From Balamuthia mandrillaris (Eukaryota), in assembly GCA_031835245.2 (NCBI GenBank), contig JAVKOQ020000072.1:186001-207166 (forward strand): DNA of 21,166 nt. Reading direction: 5' to 3'. Positions within the stretch are counted from its first letter, which is position 1, and each line of letters opens with the position of its first letter. Both the position numbers and the translations under genes were made by a program. Positions 19,694 to 21,166 of this stretch are shown here, piece after piece. Under the pieces are notes generated by a model that saw nothing but the letters and a program-made list of their open reading frames with translations, made no database searches and was not told the DNA's origin.

Positions 19694-20345
19694 TGTGTGT
19701 GTGTGTGTTTGTGTGTATGAAAAGAAGAAAATAGAAAAAGAAGTAAAAACCCCAAAAAAAAAAAAAAAGAAACAGAAAGCAAAATTGAGATCTGTGACAC
19801 AAGGCTTGTCTCTCTCTGCTGCCCCCTGCCAACAACAACGCTCTCTCGCTTTTTCTGTGCGCGGCAGACCAACCAACACGAGCAAAACCAGCGGAAGAAA
19901 CAAGGAAAATCGTCCTTTTTTGAATATGTGCCGACTGGAGTTTCGGAGTTCTGCCGTAAATCAAACTGTTCTACGCGAGATTTCTCCCCGTTTGGCTGTT
20001 GACTTTTGAGGTTGACCGCCACGTCTCTGTCGACATACTCCGCTTTGGTGACATCATTGCTGTTCATTGTCGACACTTACTCCTCATGAAAATTCATGGA
20101 CATCAACAGGAAACGAAATGACCCCTCATGAAAATTTTCTTTCAGCCCCTCAGGTGTTTGCATGCATGAAGAAGAAAGCGGGAAGAGACGTGAAAACCAA
20201 AGAGAGTTATTGACGATTAAAAAGGTTTCTATCTATCCGCCCCTCTCCTTGTCCCCCCTTCCTCTCCTTTTTTTCCCTTTGCACAGTCTGAAATACACAA
20301 ACGAAGGTTGCTGCATCGGAGCGGGATTGCGTAGCAGAGGAGGAC
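19694..20345. promoter_or_regulatory. Divergent promoter region between SND1 and the MARCH6-like gene, with the direct repeat CCTCATGAAAATT
   Basis: Head-to-head genes. CCTCATGAAAATT at 20082-20094 and 20124-20136; the first copy overlaps the palindrome CATGAA-AA-TTCATG (20085-20098). Confidence 0.5.
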
Positions 20346-20857
20346 ATGGAAGGACCCTCCCATCTAGCCGCTACCGAACATACAGAACGGAGAGAAGAGG
20401 AAGCGGTGAACGCAGAAGAGGAAGAGGAAGAAGAAGAAGAAGTGTGCCGTGTATGTCGTTGTGGCTCCAGTCCAGACCAACCTCTCTTCTATCCATGCCT
20501 ATGCAAAGGCAGCATCCGCTACATCCATGAGGACTGCCTTGTCAATTGGCTAAAACACAGCAAAAAGTCTTCCTGCGAACTATGCAAACATCCTTTCCTG
20601 TTTCAACCTGGTATGTTTTTGTTTTTTTTAAAAAAATTCCTTCTTCCTTCTTTGCTTACCCGTTAATCCTCTTCTCGCTACACACACAGTATACGCTCCC
20701 GACACACCACAAGTGCTTCCTAAGCATGAGCTGTTGATAGGACTGTTGCGGAGCGCTGTAAAACCTCTGAGGCAGGCCATCCGATTGCTGTTGGTGTGCT
20801 GTGCCTGGTTGTTGGTTGTTCCCGTGGGAACCAGTTGGGTGTGGCGTTTCTACTTTA
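20346..20857 (+). CDS. MARCHF6: MARCH6/Doa10/SUD1-type RING-CH (C4HC3) ER membrane E3 ubiquitin ligase, N-terminal part (continues beyond window)
   Basis: Exon 20346-20610 encodes CRVCRC...[43 protein letters not shown]. After intron 20611-20689, exon 2 continues [11 protein letters not shown]...[25 protein letters not shown], matching the MARCH6/SUD1 segment after the RING plus the first TM helix. The end of exon 2 (~20857) is tentative. Confidence 0.9.
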
Positions 20858-20882
20858 GTGCTACCTTTGACCTTTCATATCC

Positions 20883-21166
20883 TTTTCTTCTTGTTCTTCG
20901 TTCTTCTTCTTCTTGTTCTTCTTCTTCTTGTTCTTCTTCTTGTTCTTCTTCTTCTTCTTCTTGTTCTTCATCTTCTTGTTCTTCTTCTTGTTCTTCATCT
21001 TCTTCTTCTTCTTGTTCTTCTTGTTCTTCTTCTTGTTCTTCTTGTTCTTCTTGTTCTTGTTCTTGTTCTTGTTCTTGTTCTTCTTCTTCTTCTTGTTCTT
21101 CTTCTTCTTCTGTTTCTTCTTCTTCTTCTTCTTGTTCTTGTTCATGTTCATGTTCTTGTTCTTGTT
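20883..21166. repeat. (TTC/TTG)n compound trinucleotide repeat, probably intronic in the MARCH6-like gene
   Basis: ttcttcttcttgttc... running to the window end, with occasional ATC/ATG units. Confidence 0.93.

Noticed and set aside
20861..21151. 96-aa poly-Lys/Asn ORF on the minus strand
   Set aside because: Translation of the TTC/TTG microsatellite.
1..21166. CRISPR arrays, tRNA/rRNA genes, transposons
   Set aside because: No repeat-spacer periodicity, cloverleaf or rRNA-like sequence, transposase/RT motifs or terminal repeats were seen by eye; a covariance-model scan was not possible.
1..21166. All eight genes forming one functional cluster (e.g. redox sensing by NOX plus heme kinase, or RNA repair by TLP plus SND1)
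   Set aside because: Gene adjacency in compact eukaryotic genomes is usually incidental; there is no evidence without synteny or co-expression data.

Overview
Gene-dense eukaryotic genomic DNA with short GT-AG introns (mostly 60-140 nt) and many GA/CT microsatellites. Gene content and style suggest a free-living amoeba (Amoebozoa), which is an inference. Manual splicing gives eight protein-coding genes, left to right. (1) An EF-hand protein resembling the NOX5 N-terminal Ca2+-binding domain, on the minus strand and running off the left edge. (2) A degenerate Rho-like pseudo-GTPase + LRR + SAM protein (-). (3) A single-CCCH zinc-finger, Pro/Ser-rich protein (+). (4) A tail-anchored protein of unknown function (+). 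(5) A ~1247-aa hybrid histidine kinase whose bacterial-type GAF retains the DosS/DosT heme-ligand motif (-). (6) A 9-exon Thg1-like 3'-5' polymerase (TLP) with a predicted mitochondrial presequence (+). (7) Tudor-SN/SND1 (-). (8) A MARCH6/Doa10 RING-CH E3 ligase (+, truncated at the right edge). The most notable items are the candidate heme-GAF gas-sensing kinase, the mitochondrial tRNA-editing TLP with two in-frame starts, the pseudoRho-LRR-SAM architecture, and a CAYGAAAATT motif paired in all three divergent promoters. All exon structures are predicted by eye from splice signals and protein motif continuity, not from transcripts.
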